Origin: Lenisia limosa
Lineage: Eukaryota > Protista > Breviatea
Assembly (NCBI GenBank): GCA_001655205.1
Contig: LPNZ01010514.1
Coordinates: forward strand, 25,100 to 89,099
Length of the DNA: 64,000 bases
Direction of reading: 5' to 3'
Shown here: positions 23,101 through 35,900 of the stretch, one piece after another
Layout: every line of letters begins with the position of its first letter
Numbering within the stretch: the first letter of the stretch is position 1
Notes under the pieces: generated by a model
What the model was told of the DNA's origin: nothing
The model's database searches: none
The model's input: the letters and a program-made list of their open reading frames with translations, nothing else
Translations under genes and position numbers: made by a program

Positions 23101-26100
23101 GGCTGAGCATGATGGCCAGCTGCTCTTCTCTGGTTGAGTCAGATGTTTAAGATTTCAAGTGAGTGAGCATACCTAGAGAAGTTGAAAAGACTTGGCGGGT
23201 GTATAGGCTCCAGATCGTCTTGGGTGCCAACAAGGCCTTTCGGGAGGTTGCCTTCTTCGTCCTTCAGGAGGTCCAACGGTGAACGGCCTAAAAACGTCAG
23301 CAATGTATCCGAAAGTCCTGATTAAAAGTATCCTGTTACATTATTGGATCTCTGTCAAAAGAATAGCCGAGAGAGTTTCAAACCTTTCATTTCACTCAAT
23401 AATTGGATTTCTTCTGCCTATACAGGTGATTAAAGCTGTTTCAAACACATATCCAAATAAACTCTCTACTAGGGTGTACCTTGGTCATTCCCGTTTCTTC
23501 TCCCCTTGCTGCATTGTTCATTGCCGCATTAATGTTAGGTCCCATTGACAACGATCTTAGGATCTTCAGGCCGACAGATGTGGGATATTTATCGAGTTCC
23601 TTTGAAAGAGCTTTTGACCTCCTTTCTTTTGTTTCTTCGCAAACCTCCATCTAAAGGGGTCATTATTATTAAAATTGTCATGAATATTACTTACCTGGGT
23701 GGTGCTCTTGTCGGAATAGAGGGAATCTTTGGATGCCAAGATCTCAAGAAGCTAAGAAATCATGATTATCAGATGCCAAGATCTCAAGAAGCCCAGCAAT
23801 CAATGATTATCAGATTATTTGCGTTGTGATTAGTTCAAAGAGCAATGACAGCACCTGGGAGTCGCGAGCCTGGCTTTCGCGGACTTGACTGATCTGGGTT
23901 GGCAGGTCGAAGCCAGTCATTGAGCTGATGGGGTCAGCTTGAGACAATGGAACTATTGTGTCGTCAGTTGACGGGAGGGAAATGGCGGGCTGGTTGATGG
24001 CAAAATGAGACTCCAGGCCCTTTTTGGACTTTGATCTTGAAGACGAGAACGTGGGTACAGTAGAGACTTCTCCCATAGTCTTCGGAGCGTTGAGGATGAA
24101 GGCGTCTTTGGCGGTCGAACTGGTCAGTAAATAACGGTAAACAAAATTAATGATGCTGCTAAGGTCTCACTTTGCAATACCCTCGAAGAATGTGGGCGGC
24201 TGAGCATCCCGTTTCGGTTTTCCCCTTGGTGGAGATGACTCCGTCGGCAATATATCGGGCACAACCAGCTGTGTGTTTATTGGAAGTGTAATTCTAAGAG
24301 AACTTTTCATAAAATCCCAATATATTCTCGATACCTTGGGTACTGCAGGATCTTCTTCATTTTCCTAATGTGTGATTCAGAGAAAAGTGGTTAGGACATT
24401 TGGGGTTGTAACATCATCCAACTCTCATATAATGGGGTAAAAACACAAAATGTCCATACATTTTGAGGAACACTGACATCTGGCCCCTCCTTCCGGTCCG
24501 GGATCGTTGCTGTTGGTTTGTTTCCGGACTTTGCTTCATTGGTAGTGCGCAGCACCATGATAACCTGAAATGTCATGGTGAAGGTGTCCTACTTCTTCTT
24601 TCGAGGCGCCCCTCTTTCTTCCGCATTGTCGAACGTGTTTAATGTGTTTCTGATGGTCCACGTCTTTCCCACAGAACGGACATGGCTTGGTGCTTCCTTC
24701 AGGAGCAGGTTCTTTTCGCACTCTTTTGGCAGGTGCACTTACAAGCTCTTTTCTCTGATGCTGTCATGACAATCAACACAGATACTCAACATTTCACAAT
24801 CCTACCCCTGATTTGGATCTGGTTACTCTCTTGAACTCTGACTCGCTCTCTACTGGGTTATTGGCATTGAATACTAGAGCATCGCTTGAAGCTCTGAACA
24901 TCTCTTTGTTGTTAGGAGTTAAATAATTTGCTTTCTTCTCTTGAAACTTCACCGTAAAAATATACAACATTTTAACAGATAATAAGAAAAAGAGCAGAAA
25001 TGTAGTCACAAGACTTCTTCATAATACTCACCTTTCTCTTTATACATATCATCCTCCTCAAGACAATCAGAAGCATGAGCCTCCACCATTGCAGGGGTCA
25101 GATCGGAGAGATCCTTCTGGCAAAGGGGACAAGTGATAGCTAATTTGTAAAGTGACTTTTGTCATTTTCTGTGGAACTAAATTTTATTGCAGTCGTCTTG
25201 CTAAAAAAACCCAACTTTCTTTGAGAGACATTGGCGGACTTTCGGGCTCGGATTCTGGCAGCTGAAGAGACTTGGAGTCTTCGGGTCTGCAGGGTGAGAG
25301 GCCAGGAGCTCCATACTGTTGTGAGTAGTTTGGGAAAAACTGTTCGGTTTGAGAACGATTGAGCTGCGGCTCCGGAGTACGTTCGGGGGATGGATCTTTG
25401 AGATCCACAAACGGAACTGACGGGAGAGACGGCAGCGATGGCACTGTACCTGATGGGCTCTTCACACATAAGTCAATGTGAACTGATATTTCCTGGGGAT
25501 AGGGGAGAGGTGTGTGAATGGAATTTAAGGAAAATTAAACTCCAAAAAACAACTCTTCAACTTGAAAATATTTTGAGAATTAAACCCATAAAAATAACTC
25601 TTCAATTCGAAAATAGTATTGTGAATTAAACCCATAAAAATAACTCTTCAATTCGAAAATGACACTCTTTTATTTGCTAGTCATGAATATTTGAGAGCCA
25701 TTCAGAGGACCCCTTCATACCGCTTGGGAGAGACCTGATAAATCATCTTCACAGATAAGGCAATTGGTCAAGGCAACAACAGAACCTATATCGCGTGAAT
25801 TTACAACAACGCCATAGTTGCCATTCTTGACCTTTGCCGCCACAAACCAGCCGGCTCGTCTTGCTTCGTCACCTTCCGAGCTTGCCTCACTTTTACTCTC
25901 TCGCCCTTTGTTTTCTTGTATGTCTTCGGCTTCTTCGTCCGAGCTGGGGAGAGTTCATTTGACCTTCGTGTTCGCGACAACGAGCGAGGTTGCTGTGCAG
26001 TTAGAACGGTTGCGTATCAAATCGTCTGAGCCCCCTGGCTGTCAAACAAAACAATAACGCATGGAGCAGGTTGTAAAGTTAAGGCCAAGAGCATCTTCCA

Positions 26101-26312
26101 TTCAACAATGACGAACTGCTTCCCCACCTTCGGAATATTGTCAGCACTTTCAAACTCATCGTCGCTTCTATCATCGTTAACAATTCCATCAATTCTGTGA
26201 GTAATGATGTTGCGGGGGTGGGGGGTGGGGTGACAATAACAGTTAAAGATCGGATTTCTTCCACATTATTCTACTCTCCTCACATTTTAAAGACATCAAG
26301 TTCATTAGGCAT
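17127..26312 (-). CDS. SLX4: SLX4-like structure-specific nuclease scaffold (3 UBZ-type fingers, long disordered region, SAP, C-terminal SLX1-binding domain)
   Basis: Fingers CLICEDDLSGLSQA/EISVHIDLC, CPLCQKDLSDLTPAMVEAHASDC, CPFCGKDVDHQKHIKHVRQC. SAP-like MPDYAGLNDKDLKFQLQR/YGFRY..QALELLPKIW. Terminal KFLK/NDDTLFVAAVTFLPITLSTLRLRAHKAGYAVGKKAWVKFADEQAI matches the SLX4 C-terminal domain pattern. Long S/P-rich ORFs at 18541-19548 and 21425-22795 lie on this strand. Confidence 0.8.
20140..20345. repeat. Degenerate (ATATC/GATAT)n AT-rich low-complexity tract, longest of many intronic examples
   Basis: ATGATATATATAATATATAATATAGTATAGTATATATCATATAATATATCATAT... Similar tracts near 9115, 10790, 14010, 19800, 32345, 40600, 41610, 43220, 44145, 49680, 62635. 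Confidence 0.8.
25533..25660. repeat. ~46-nt tandem repeat x3 in SLX4 intron
   Basis: GAATTAAACCCATAAAAATAACTCTTCAATTCGAAAAT at 25577 and 25623, with a diverged copy at 25533. Confidence 0.88.
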
Positions 26313-26541
26313 TGCAGAGCCTAGCCCAGGAGTGCCGGTACCGAAAAAACGACAATAAAATAAAAATCTCGTTAACTATACCTCTGATTGTTTTTATCTC
26401 TTCTCATTTGTTTACGTTAGGCATAGTGCAAGAGGGGAGAGGCATAATATAAAAAAGAACAAAAGGATAGCGATCATCGATCAGCTATAAAAATGCCGAA
26501 TGGGCTCAATTTTGTCCTCTTTTCTGTTGTATCTGGTTAGT

Positions 26542-29500
26542 ATGACTGGAGAAGGCATTTTGGATCCCTTTGCCGGGGCAGGCGACACTTCATTTCCAGT
26601 CATCACGCTGCCAGGAGGTACTAGTCGCGTCTTCTTTGGCCCTCCCTCACGTTTTTAGCTTACGATGACGATAAAAAGTCTAATGATAGCAGTAAAAAGA
26701 AGAAGACCAAGAAGGCTTCATCGAAAGGATTGGGTTTTCAGAAAATGGGTAGGCAGTCTAACTGATGCTTGGTGTGAACCAGCTATTGAACTTCTGAACG
26801 TTGTCTTGATATAAAATACAGCAAATTTTATTTTTGCAGGTCTTGACAGCCACATTTTCAAGGCGATTATGAAGATGGGATACCAGGTTCCTACTCCCAT
26901 CCAGAGAAAGACAATTCCTCCCATCATCGAAGGAAGCGACGTTGTAGCAATGGCTCGAACTGGTGGGTGGTTGTGAGGGCCATGGTGTTGTTGCTTGTAC
27001 TGAGTGTGAGGCTTGTTTTGAAGAAATACGTAACCGCGCAGGTTCCGGCAAGACTGCCGCCTTTCTCATTCCCATCATCCAGAAGCTTAAAGAACATAGC
27101 GGCACCGTAGGTCTTTCTATGCATGATAAGCAAATTCTCGGTGATATGAATAGTTTATTTTGAAAGATAACTTAGTGTAGTATTTATTTCTTATTCATAT
27201 TCTACAGGCAAGAGACCGATGGCAATTATGATTTTGTTTAAAGCATATCATGAGCCTATGCCCATTAATATTCATATCTATTATCAATTTTCTTTATTAT
27301 AATGTTTAGGTTGGTGTTCGTGCTATTATCTTATCCCCAACCAGAGAGCTTGCCATTCAGACTTTGTGAGCATTTGTTTTGGATTCATTATAAGTTCCCT
27401 TGTTTTCAACATTCTTCGCATAGCCAATATTTCACCTAATCCTTGTAGTAAGTTTGTTGAGTCATTCATCAAATTCACGGATCTTCGCTCATCTCTTGTT
27501 GTTGGTGGTGAAAGCTTGGAAGATAACTTCGACGCTCTTGTTGGAAACCCTGATATGTGAGGGGGGTCCTGGATGATACTGGAGCACACTCGATACTGGA
27601 ACTTTCATGCAATGTTGTCTTCTTATTCACGACTATTAGCTTTTAATATTGTCTTATTATTTAGTGTTGTTGCCACACCCGGACGTCTGATGCATGTTAT
27701 TGGACTGGTAAAGCTCTCACTCAACTCCTGCGAATTTGCCGTCTTTGACGAGGCTGATAGGTATTCAAAACCGCTTCTTTATTTTGCACCAATTATCTGT
27801 ACCCGTTCTTCATTTGCACTAACCATCCTTAGACTCTTTGAAATGGGTTTCAAGACCCAGATTAATGAGATTCTCTACAAGCTCTCTCCCCGCCGCCAGA
27901 CCCTCCTGTTCTCAGCCACCCTTCCCAACGTTCTCGTCGAATTTGTCCGGGCTGGCCTGAAGGTTTGCTACCTCGCTGCCTCCGTTGCGTTTAGCACGAG
28001 ATCTGAATATCTAGGATCCCCTCTTCCTTCGTCTTGATTCAGAAAACAAAATCCCCGACACCTTGATGGTACGATGGGGGCTTGGAGCTAATCAAAATAT
28101 ATCCCCAGATTAGATGAGGGTGATAGTTCCTTGGTATACTTAATGTTGTAGTTGAAGTACTTTTCAGTGACTGAAGGGGACCGTATGGCGGCTCTTTTCC
28201 TTCTTCTCGACAAATACATTGATTCAAAGAAGCGACTTATGATTTTCACATCCACTCAGTGGGCCTGGTGTTCTCTGCCGATTTGGTATTAATGATACGG
28301 GGTTGACCTTATTATGGTGTTCCTGTTTTGGCTGATGAGAATCTAATGAACCAGGCAAGTGTGCCAATTGGTGACGCATACCCTCAACATTGGAGGTTAC
28401 GATGCAACACAGTGCCATGGTAACCTTGACAGTGCAGCCCGTACCATTAACATCACAAAGGTAGGCTTTTGGCCATGAATATCATCATCCTTATCATGTA
28501 CACATACATTTATGACTTTGGTTTCGAAGGTACGAACTAAACTGAGTTTCTTTCAATTCTTCGTTTTATTAAACAGCTTAATAGCAGTTCATGGTACAAT
28601 CATTTTTACCGTTCTCACTCTAACAGTTCCGAAACAAACAAGTCAACATTCTGGTGACGACCAATCTCGGAGCGCGTGGTATTGGTTGGTGGCTGGCTTG
28701 GCTCCAATCTGCTGACTGTTTCTATTTTGGTGTTCTATAACTCTTATTTTCTATATTTGACACATGTAGATATTCCCTTCCTTGATTACGTAATCAATTA
28801 CGAGTTCCCCGACACGCCAAAGAATTACATCCATCGTGTTGGTCGAGTTGCTCGAAACAACCAGCCGGGTACTGCTTTCTCACTTTGCTCACGGGAAGAG
28901 GTAGGGGGGTGCTAGCGTATACCGAATTTAATATGCCTGGATTTTATTTTGTCTTTTGTGAGCGCTCAACCCCCAGATTGCCTACGTATTGGACTTGCAT
29001 CTGTACCTCTCCAAGCCCCTTTTGAATAACGATATGGCAGACCAAGGTGGGATGTCCCACTATCATATTAATCAATTCATATATTGAGCAAGGTAATGAC
29101 CATGCATGGTGAAAAGCCTATGTTGAATAACCCCTCAGTAATGCATGGTGAAAAGCCTATGTTGAACGAGGAAAACATCAACGGACTCGCCGGAGATGGG
29201 TGGGCGGTGTATTGATTTTTGTTTAGATGGGTGGGCAGCGGGTCATTTTATGTTTGGACATTTCTTATGCTGATGCTTCAGGTGTTATATTGGACAAATG
29301 TGCCCCGTATTTGTCACCAAGTACCATGAGAAGATCGAGTAGGTTTAGTGGCTTCTTTTGCTTTGAATGCAGCTTGATATTTCTTCTACCAATTCAAATA
29401 TCGATATCCTAAAAAAGTTATGTCCTTTTTGGCTTTTTTTTTTTGAGGTATATTCAATATGACCCTTTTAGGCATTTGAGGATACATTCGTCAGAGATGG

Positions 29501-32500
29501 GAGAGTTGCTAGGAGTAGGCTTGGCAGAATTGGGCTGCAGGATTTTGTAGCCTGGTGCTTGTATCTTTGATGTTAAAGCAGTGGAGTTACTAACCATGCA
29601 GCCTGCCAAGAACTCGCTGCAAGCGTACCGTCGAACTCGTTCACTTCCCTCAAAGGCTTCAATCGCGAGGTCAAAATCCCTGCCTATCCTCCCCCATCAC
29701 GATATTGGTGGGGAACGATAGGGATTTTTTTGACATATTAGTATTAATATATGTATCTGATTTTTTCTGATGGAATTCAGCTTACGATACGTGTTTATGA
29801 TTATTAAACTATTGTTCCTGCTTCAAAAAATGCTTTGATTGATTTTGCTCTTTCTTAATGCTGCTGCGGTCAAATATTTACGTTTCAGTTGCCATGATGC
29901 CTGAAGGAATGGTGCAGCGTCAGGATTTCTTGGACCAACTTCACAACTACAGACCCGAATATGTTGGTTTGGATGTGGCTTGTCACTCATTGAGGTCGGT
30001 CCTAAAAGGACTATTTTCCACTTGTCTTGCAGTCTGTGTTTGCGCCGTCATGTATTTAGACCATTTTCGAACTCGGCAAGGGTGGAGAAAACGCGGACAC
30101 CAAACAAGCACGTGCCATGCAGAACAAACGACGAACCCATGACCGTGAGTGGCTGGTGGCATAGTCTGACGTTACACTTCGATTCACGCCTTCAGAAACA
30201 ATCAAGCAGGCTGATCAACTGAAGGAAATGACAATCGCGAAAAATATTAAATCGAGGGAAACAAGCAAAATGGTGGGTATCATTCACACGGTATTTAATT
30301 TATATATTTTCTAGTTGGTGTCATTTTGAATATTACGTTTGTCACATTGTCCCTAATTTAAACCTTTCTAATATGGCAGCTTGATGGCACTTTCGATGTC
30401 ACCACCGAGGGCGTGTCCAAGGAGGCAATTGCCCGGGCCAGAGGCCTTTTGGAGAAGCAGAGACGGTGGGATAGCTTTAATTTCTATACGAGGGAATTAC
30501 AAATGGATGGCTGATTGATTAGGCAAATGGAGGGTATCAAGAAAAAGAAGGGCAGCGCTATGACAAGGTCAACCTCCAAACAAGTCTGGGTGCTACATAA
30601 CAACATTTTTTTTAAAATGATACAATACCTTATCTACTTAGTGGTCAATTCTTTTTCATTCTCATCTTTTCAGGAAGACTTTTTCATTCCCCAAAGACCG
30701 AACAAAACTATTGTGGCTGAGTCTAAAGCGTGGGGGGGGGGTTGCAATATTGTAAGGTTAGATATCAGGGACAGGGTTTTCATCAGTATTATGTTAAGGT
30801 GTGTACGGCCTCGGCTTAAAACCTGTTGTTTTCTTGTTTCTACAAATGATACGATATACCATGTCATATGTATCATTTGTGTACCACATGTCTCACACAG
30901 CAGTATGGGTGTGGATTCTGGATCATCAGATCTTCGTGCTATGGAGACGGCAAGCTTCAACGTTGGCTCGGATGACGGAAAGGTTAAGAAGGGCAAGACT
31001 TGGTGAGAGGGTGGATTTGTATTTTGGCCCAGTTAATGATGATTCTTGGGCTTATTTCTAAGGGATGAGAAGAAGATGCGCTTTGTCCATGCGGATGCAG
31101 ACTCGAGAAAGAATATCAAAAAGGTCCGAACCGAATCAGGAGCCAAGGTTGATGCCACGTAGGCGGGATAAAGGTTGATGCTAAGTAGAGTTCTTGTCAG
31201 GCTGTTGCTGTAGGCCTCTTTCGCGTGATCAATTACGCCTATTTATTCTCTCACCCCCCTCAGGTTTGTGTCAGATCGCTATGAGAAGTGGATGAAAAAG
31301 ACCCATCAAAAGATCCAGGAGACGGGTGAAATGGAAACAGAAAACTCCACCTCGTGGGTGAACATTTAATGATTTTGATCAGGTGTGTGGCATGTTTAAC
31401 TGTTTAGGAAGAAGTGGTCAAAGTATCGCCACAAGTCCACTCGCGAAGATCACGAGGTAGGTTTCATTCTTACCCTTCTATTTCCCTTCATTCTTGCCCT
31501 TCATTCTTGTTTTTAGTTCCTTACCCTTCTCTTGCTCTTCATTGTTTCCTCTNNNNNNNNNNNNNNNNNNNNNNNNNNNNNNNNNNNNNNNNNNNNNNNN
31601 NNNNNNNNNNNNNNNNNNNNNNNNNNNNNNNNNNNNNNNNNNNNNNNNNNNNNNNNNNNNNNNNNNNNNNNNNNNNNNNNTTTGTTTCCTCTCTCCCTTG
31701 CCCTTCATTCTTGTTTTTAGTTCCTTACCCTTCTCTTGCTCTTCATTGTTTCCTCTCTCCCTTGCCCTTCATTCTTGTTTTTAGTTCCCCTACCCTTCTC
31801 TTGCTCTTCATTGTTTCCTCTCTCCCTTGCCCTTCATTCTTGTTTTTAGTTCCCCACCCTTCTCTTGCTCTTCATTGTTTCCTCTCTCCCTTGCCCTTCA
31901 TTCTTGTTTTTAGTTCCCCTACCCTTCTCTTGCTCTTCATTGTTTCCTCTCTCCCTTGCCCTTCATTCTTGTTTTTAGTTCCCCTACCCTTCTCTTGCTC
32001 TTCATTGTTTCCTCTATCCCTTATTTTCAAGGCCAAAGCAAACAAGAAGAAGGAGGATCGTCTTCGTTCAAAGGACGAAATCCAAAAGGAGCGTAGAGTG
32101 CAGGCCAAAAGAGACGTGGGGGGGGGGGAGATACTGTCTCAGTGACCAAATGTAACGTTTTGTACAATTCCACATAACGACCTAGGCAAAGAGACGATCA
32201 AAGGACAACAAGGCACCCACAGCAGCCGGACAGCACGGACCTCTGGGACCTGGTGATCATCGAAGAGGCATGGGTGATGGCGGAAGTAGGGGGGGTTTAT
32301 CACAATTGTTGACCATTTCAAGGGTCTCTGTCCATGTCACTGTAATAGTATATGATATAATATATATATCATATAATATATCATATAGTATGCTATTTAC
32401 AGACACGCAGGAAGCCAATTTACCTACAACTCTGTACACACAGCTTCCTACGTGTCTGTAATAATATTCGTATCGAATAAAATAAATTTGAGATTGCTCA

Positions 32501-32765
32501 TTTCATTTGTATCAGTGCCAAAAACTCCAAAGGCAGCAGCTATCAAAAAAGGCAAAATCGCGGGCAGGAAAGGCAAGGTCCAACTTGGTGTTAAGGTATG
32601 CATCAATTGGTGTTAATGGGTCACATGAAGGAAGTGACGGTTTGTTGTTTTCAAGTCAGTGTTCTAATGTCCATTTTCCCCCCTTTCCGCCAGATTTCGA
32701 AGTCCAAATTCAAGCCTGGAGGCTCCGCTGCAGGTGGAGGAAAGGGAAAGAAGGGAAGGAAATAG
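26542..32765 (+). CDS. DDX54: DEAD-box RNA helicase DDX54/DBP10 (60S biogenesis)
   Basis: [101 protein letters not shown], basic tail ending GGKGKKGRK*. Confidence 0.95.
31490..32020. repeat. Pyrimidine-rich minisatellite, unit 64-65 nt, at least 6 visible copies plus an assembly gap, in a DDX54 intron
   Basis: Unit TTCATTCTTGTTTTTAGTTCC(C)CTACCCTTCTCTTGCTCTTCATTGTTTCCTCTCTCCCTTGCCC repeated between donor 31457 and acceptor 32031. Confidence 0.92.
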
Positions 32766-32947
32766 ATATGGTAATTTACAATGCAACTTTTTTGAACATG
32801 GCCATCCGATACACCATTGCTCCATGAGTGGGGGGAGATAAGCACAGCATGAGCATAAATAATAAGGTGGTGCATTTGGGTTGAGATGACTTCCGACAAA
32901 CTAACTAAATTGATACATACACAAACTACAACAACATTAAACCTAAA

Positions 32948-35900
32948 TTAGAGGATTGTGCACACCTTGCTTCCTCCCTTCTTTTTCTCCTTCTTAGCCG
33001 GGGCTGGTGCAGGTTCTTCCTTCGCCTAAAAGGGTTGGAAATTGATGCACACCCTAAAAAAGCCAACAAAACACCCCAAACGGCTGGTTCTGGCTCGGGA
33101 GCTGGAGTGGCGTCGGGGTTCCCTGGAGTTTGGTTAGAAACTTCACAACATGATGGCAGGTATCATCTAAGCATACCTGGCGTTTCTTTTTCGGCCTTTT
33201 CTTCCTTGGGCTCCTTTTTGGACTCTTCTTTCACTTCTTCCTTCTCCTCTTCTTTCTCTACTTTATTCTCTTCAACCACCTTCTCTTCTTCTTTTATTGC
33301 CTCTTCTTTCACTTCCTCCTTCTTTTCTTCTTTCTTCTCTTTCACTTCTTTCTTCTCTTCAGTTTTCGGAGATTCCTCCTTGGGCTTGTCCTCTTCCACC
33401 TAAGGAGTAAACAAACTCATAGTCTCATAACCAGAACACCCAAGGCTTACGACTACGGCGGCGGCAATAACCTTGGGGGCAGGCTTCGGAGGTGTCGGCA
33501 CACCCCAAACCTGCAATGTAAGCCATGGCAACTCTAATTGCTTCAAAAACATTTCAGCCAAAAGTATCCAACAAAGCCACATCGCACCTCAATTGAAAGT
33601 GCTTCAGACTCGAGGTAAGTGACAAGGTCGTCGGACACATGAACGTTGGAGTATCTCTTCTCAAATTGGAACAAATGGTTGACACCCACTCTCTCCACCT
33701 GGAGGTTATTGAATATTAGAAAGAGACTTGGAATGAAATGTCATGGTTTTTTCCCACTGTTTGAGTCTGTTCGTACTTTTCATCAAGGTAGAACTTGTAC
33801 TTGCAGAACGCCTAGTGCAATGAAAATGTAGAAATGAAGCAACGCCTTACAAGATATCATCTCTATTAGCTTTCGGCACGTCACAAACCTTGTTGGTGAG
33901 GGAATTTGGAATTCCTCTCGCCTGGTCAATTTTGACAATAAAGTCAATTTGCGTACCAGGTTCAGCCCAGGTCTCGTCATCAACATCCTAAAGAGGAATA
34001 AGGATCATAACATCCTAAAGAGGCATAACGTTCTAAAGGGATAATATAAACAGTCCACAGGAGGTCCCTCAGCCTGTACCCACTTCAGTGTCACCGTCAG
34101 GTGTGCATGGCCACACTTCAACCACAATGTCTCCAACTGATTTGCCCGAATAATCTACCACCGGTGTCCAGAGCCCCTCAATCTCAACCTATAACATTAG
34201 GCCTATTTGAAAACTGTTAGCGGCAAATGATGGAACAAAAAGGGAAGAAACAGCTTACGCAGTTGAAAAGAGGCTCAAGGAAGACGTGGGCAATACCAAG
34301 CATTTGCTCCTGAATAGATGAGCGCCTACTCTACCCATGGAAAAGAAATCTAATGTCATATTTCGAAGGTTATATGCAGGGCTTCTCTGCGGTTCCGAAA
34401 AAGACTGAATTTCTCGATAAATCCTCGATATACTACATGTATATTGACATTTTATAGGGTCTTTTTGGAACTGTAAGGAAGTCCCAATGAATGAGACAAT
34501 TGCTGAAATCTACCATACCTGAGGGGGGTCATAGAAGGGGTCATTCTCCTCAGTCACGTCAATCTACGATGCGATGTTAGAGGGGTTTATGAAGCGATAG
34601 GACAAAGCCTTCCATGTATCATGTTTATAAAGGAATTTGATGATAGTGTGACAGTTTGAAAAGATTGCCATGAATGAATATGACAAACCTGTCCGAATTG
34701 GAGGTACTCAGAGTATTGTTCACGAATGATGTAAACTCTGTTGGTGAACTTATCTACGTCCCAAACATGAGAGGCGCCCTAGAGGGTCAGATGGAGTCAA
34801 CTAACATCTGATGAAGACAGCAAAATACGATATTCTTTGAGAACAGAGTAACTGGCAAAAGTGCCCATAGAATGACGTTACCCCCTCTCCCCACATCCAT
34901 ATCCACGGCAATGGCCACTTGTGTTTTGCGGTGTTTGGCCCCGGCAGAGGTGAAGTCAGTTAACATTCGGAGGGAAAACTTCGTAGTCTTTCCAAGTTCG
35001 TCACCTGGGTTATGAACATACAGGCAATATCATCTGATATGATACGGGGATTAACAATGTCAACTCATTTGACCGAATATCCAGAGCAAAGCAAAACAGA
35101 TCAAATGCAAAGACTATACACCGGTCACCAACCGATCGCGTTTGCTTCATTAACAAGGGGAATGACTCGCATAAGATCGTCCTCCAACACCATCATTTCC
35201 CTCTTATGGCTCTCGTAGCCCTCCGCCTCGTCCTTCAGCATCGTAACGGCTTGCTGTTTTGTGAGTTGTTTCACTTGGCCGTCCACAAAACAAACCTGCA
35301 TTTTTGAGCACTTAGTGTCATATTCAGTTTTGTAGGTATCTAACTCGACCCCTGTAAGCTTCGCCATCTAAACAGTTACAAGCTACTGAAGTGTAGCAAA
35401 ACTATTGGTCAACGTTTCATTTCATATTACAATTCATAGCAAAGCAGTATGAACGCTGACATTAACGAACCTCCATTTGGCCCTTCGTACGGTACTCTTG
35501 AAGGGATGATTCCAGGCCAGTTACCTAAGGTAGTAAAGACGGTAATTCCAGGCTAATCCGGTCACTAATCGCTAACCTTAATCTCCAATTCTCTCATTTT
35601 TGGGTCGTCCGCAATTTGTTTCAAACTCTGTAACAGTTAGACATGAAATAACCTGACACCCCACCCCCNNNNNNNNNNNNNNNNNNNNNNNNNNNNNNNN
35701 NNNNNNNNNNNNNNNNNNNNNNNNNNNNNNNNNNNNNNNNNNNNNNNNNNNNNNNNNNNNNNNNNNNNNNNNNNNNNNNNNNNNNNNNNNNNNNNNNNTC
35801 GAAATCGAAAACTTGTCCGGGGGCAATAAGACTGTTTGGTTAGGCAGAAACTAATTGCAGAGTATTCATGTTAGAAGCCAAGGAATATAACACTGAAATA

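Noticed and set aside
1-26312. Possible DNA-repair cluster (XPD plus SLX4)
   Set aside because: They are 14 kb apart with three unrelated genes between them; consistent with chance.
31414-32145. 243-aa hydrophobic ORF and its overlapping ORFs
   Set aside because: Translation of the pyrimidine minisatellite across an N gap inside a DDX54 intron.
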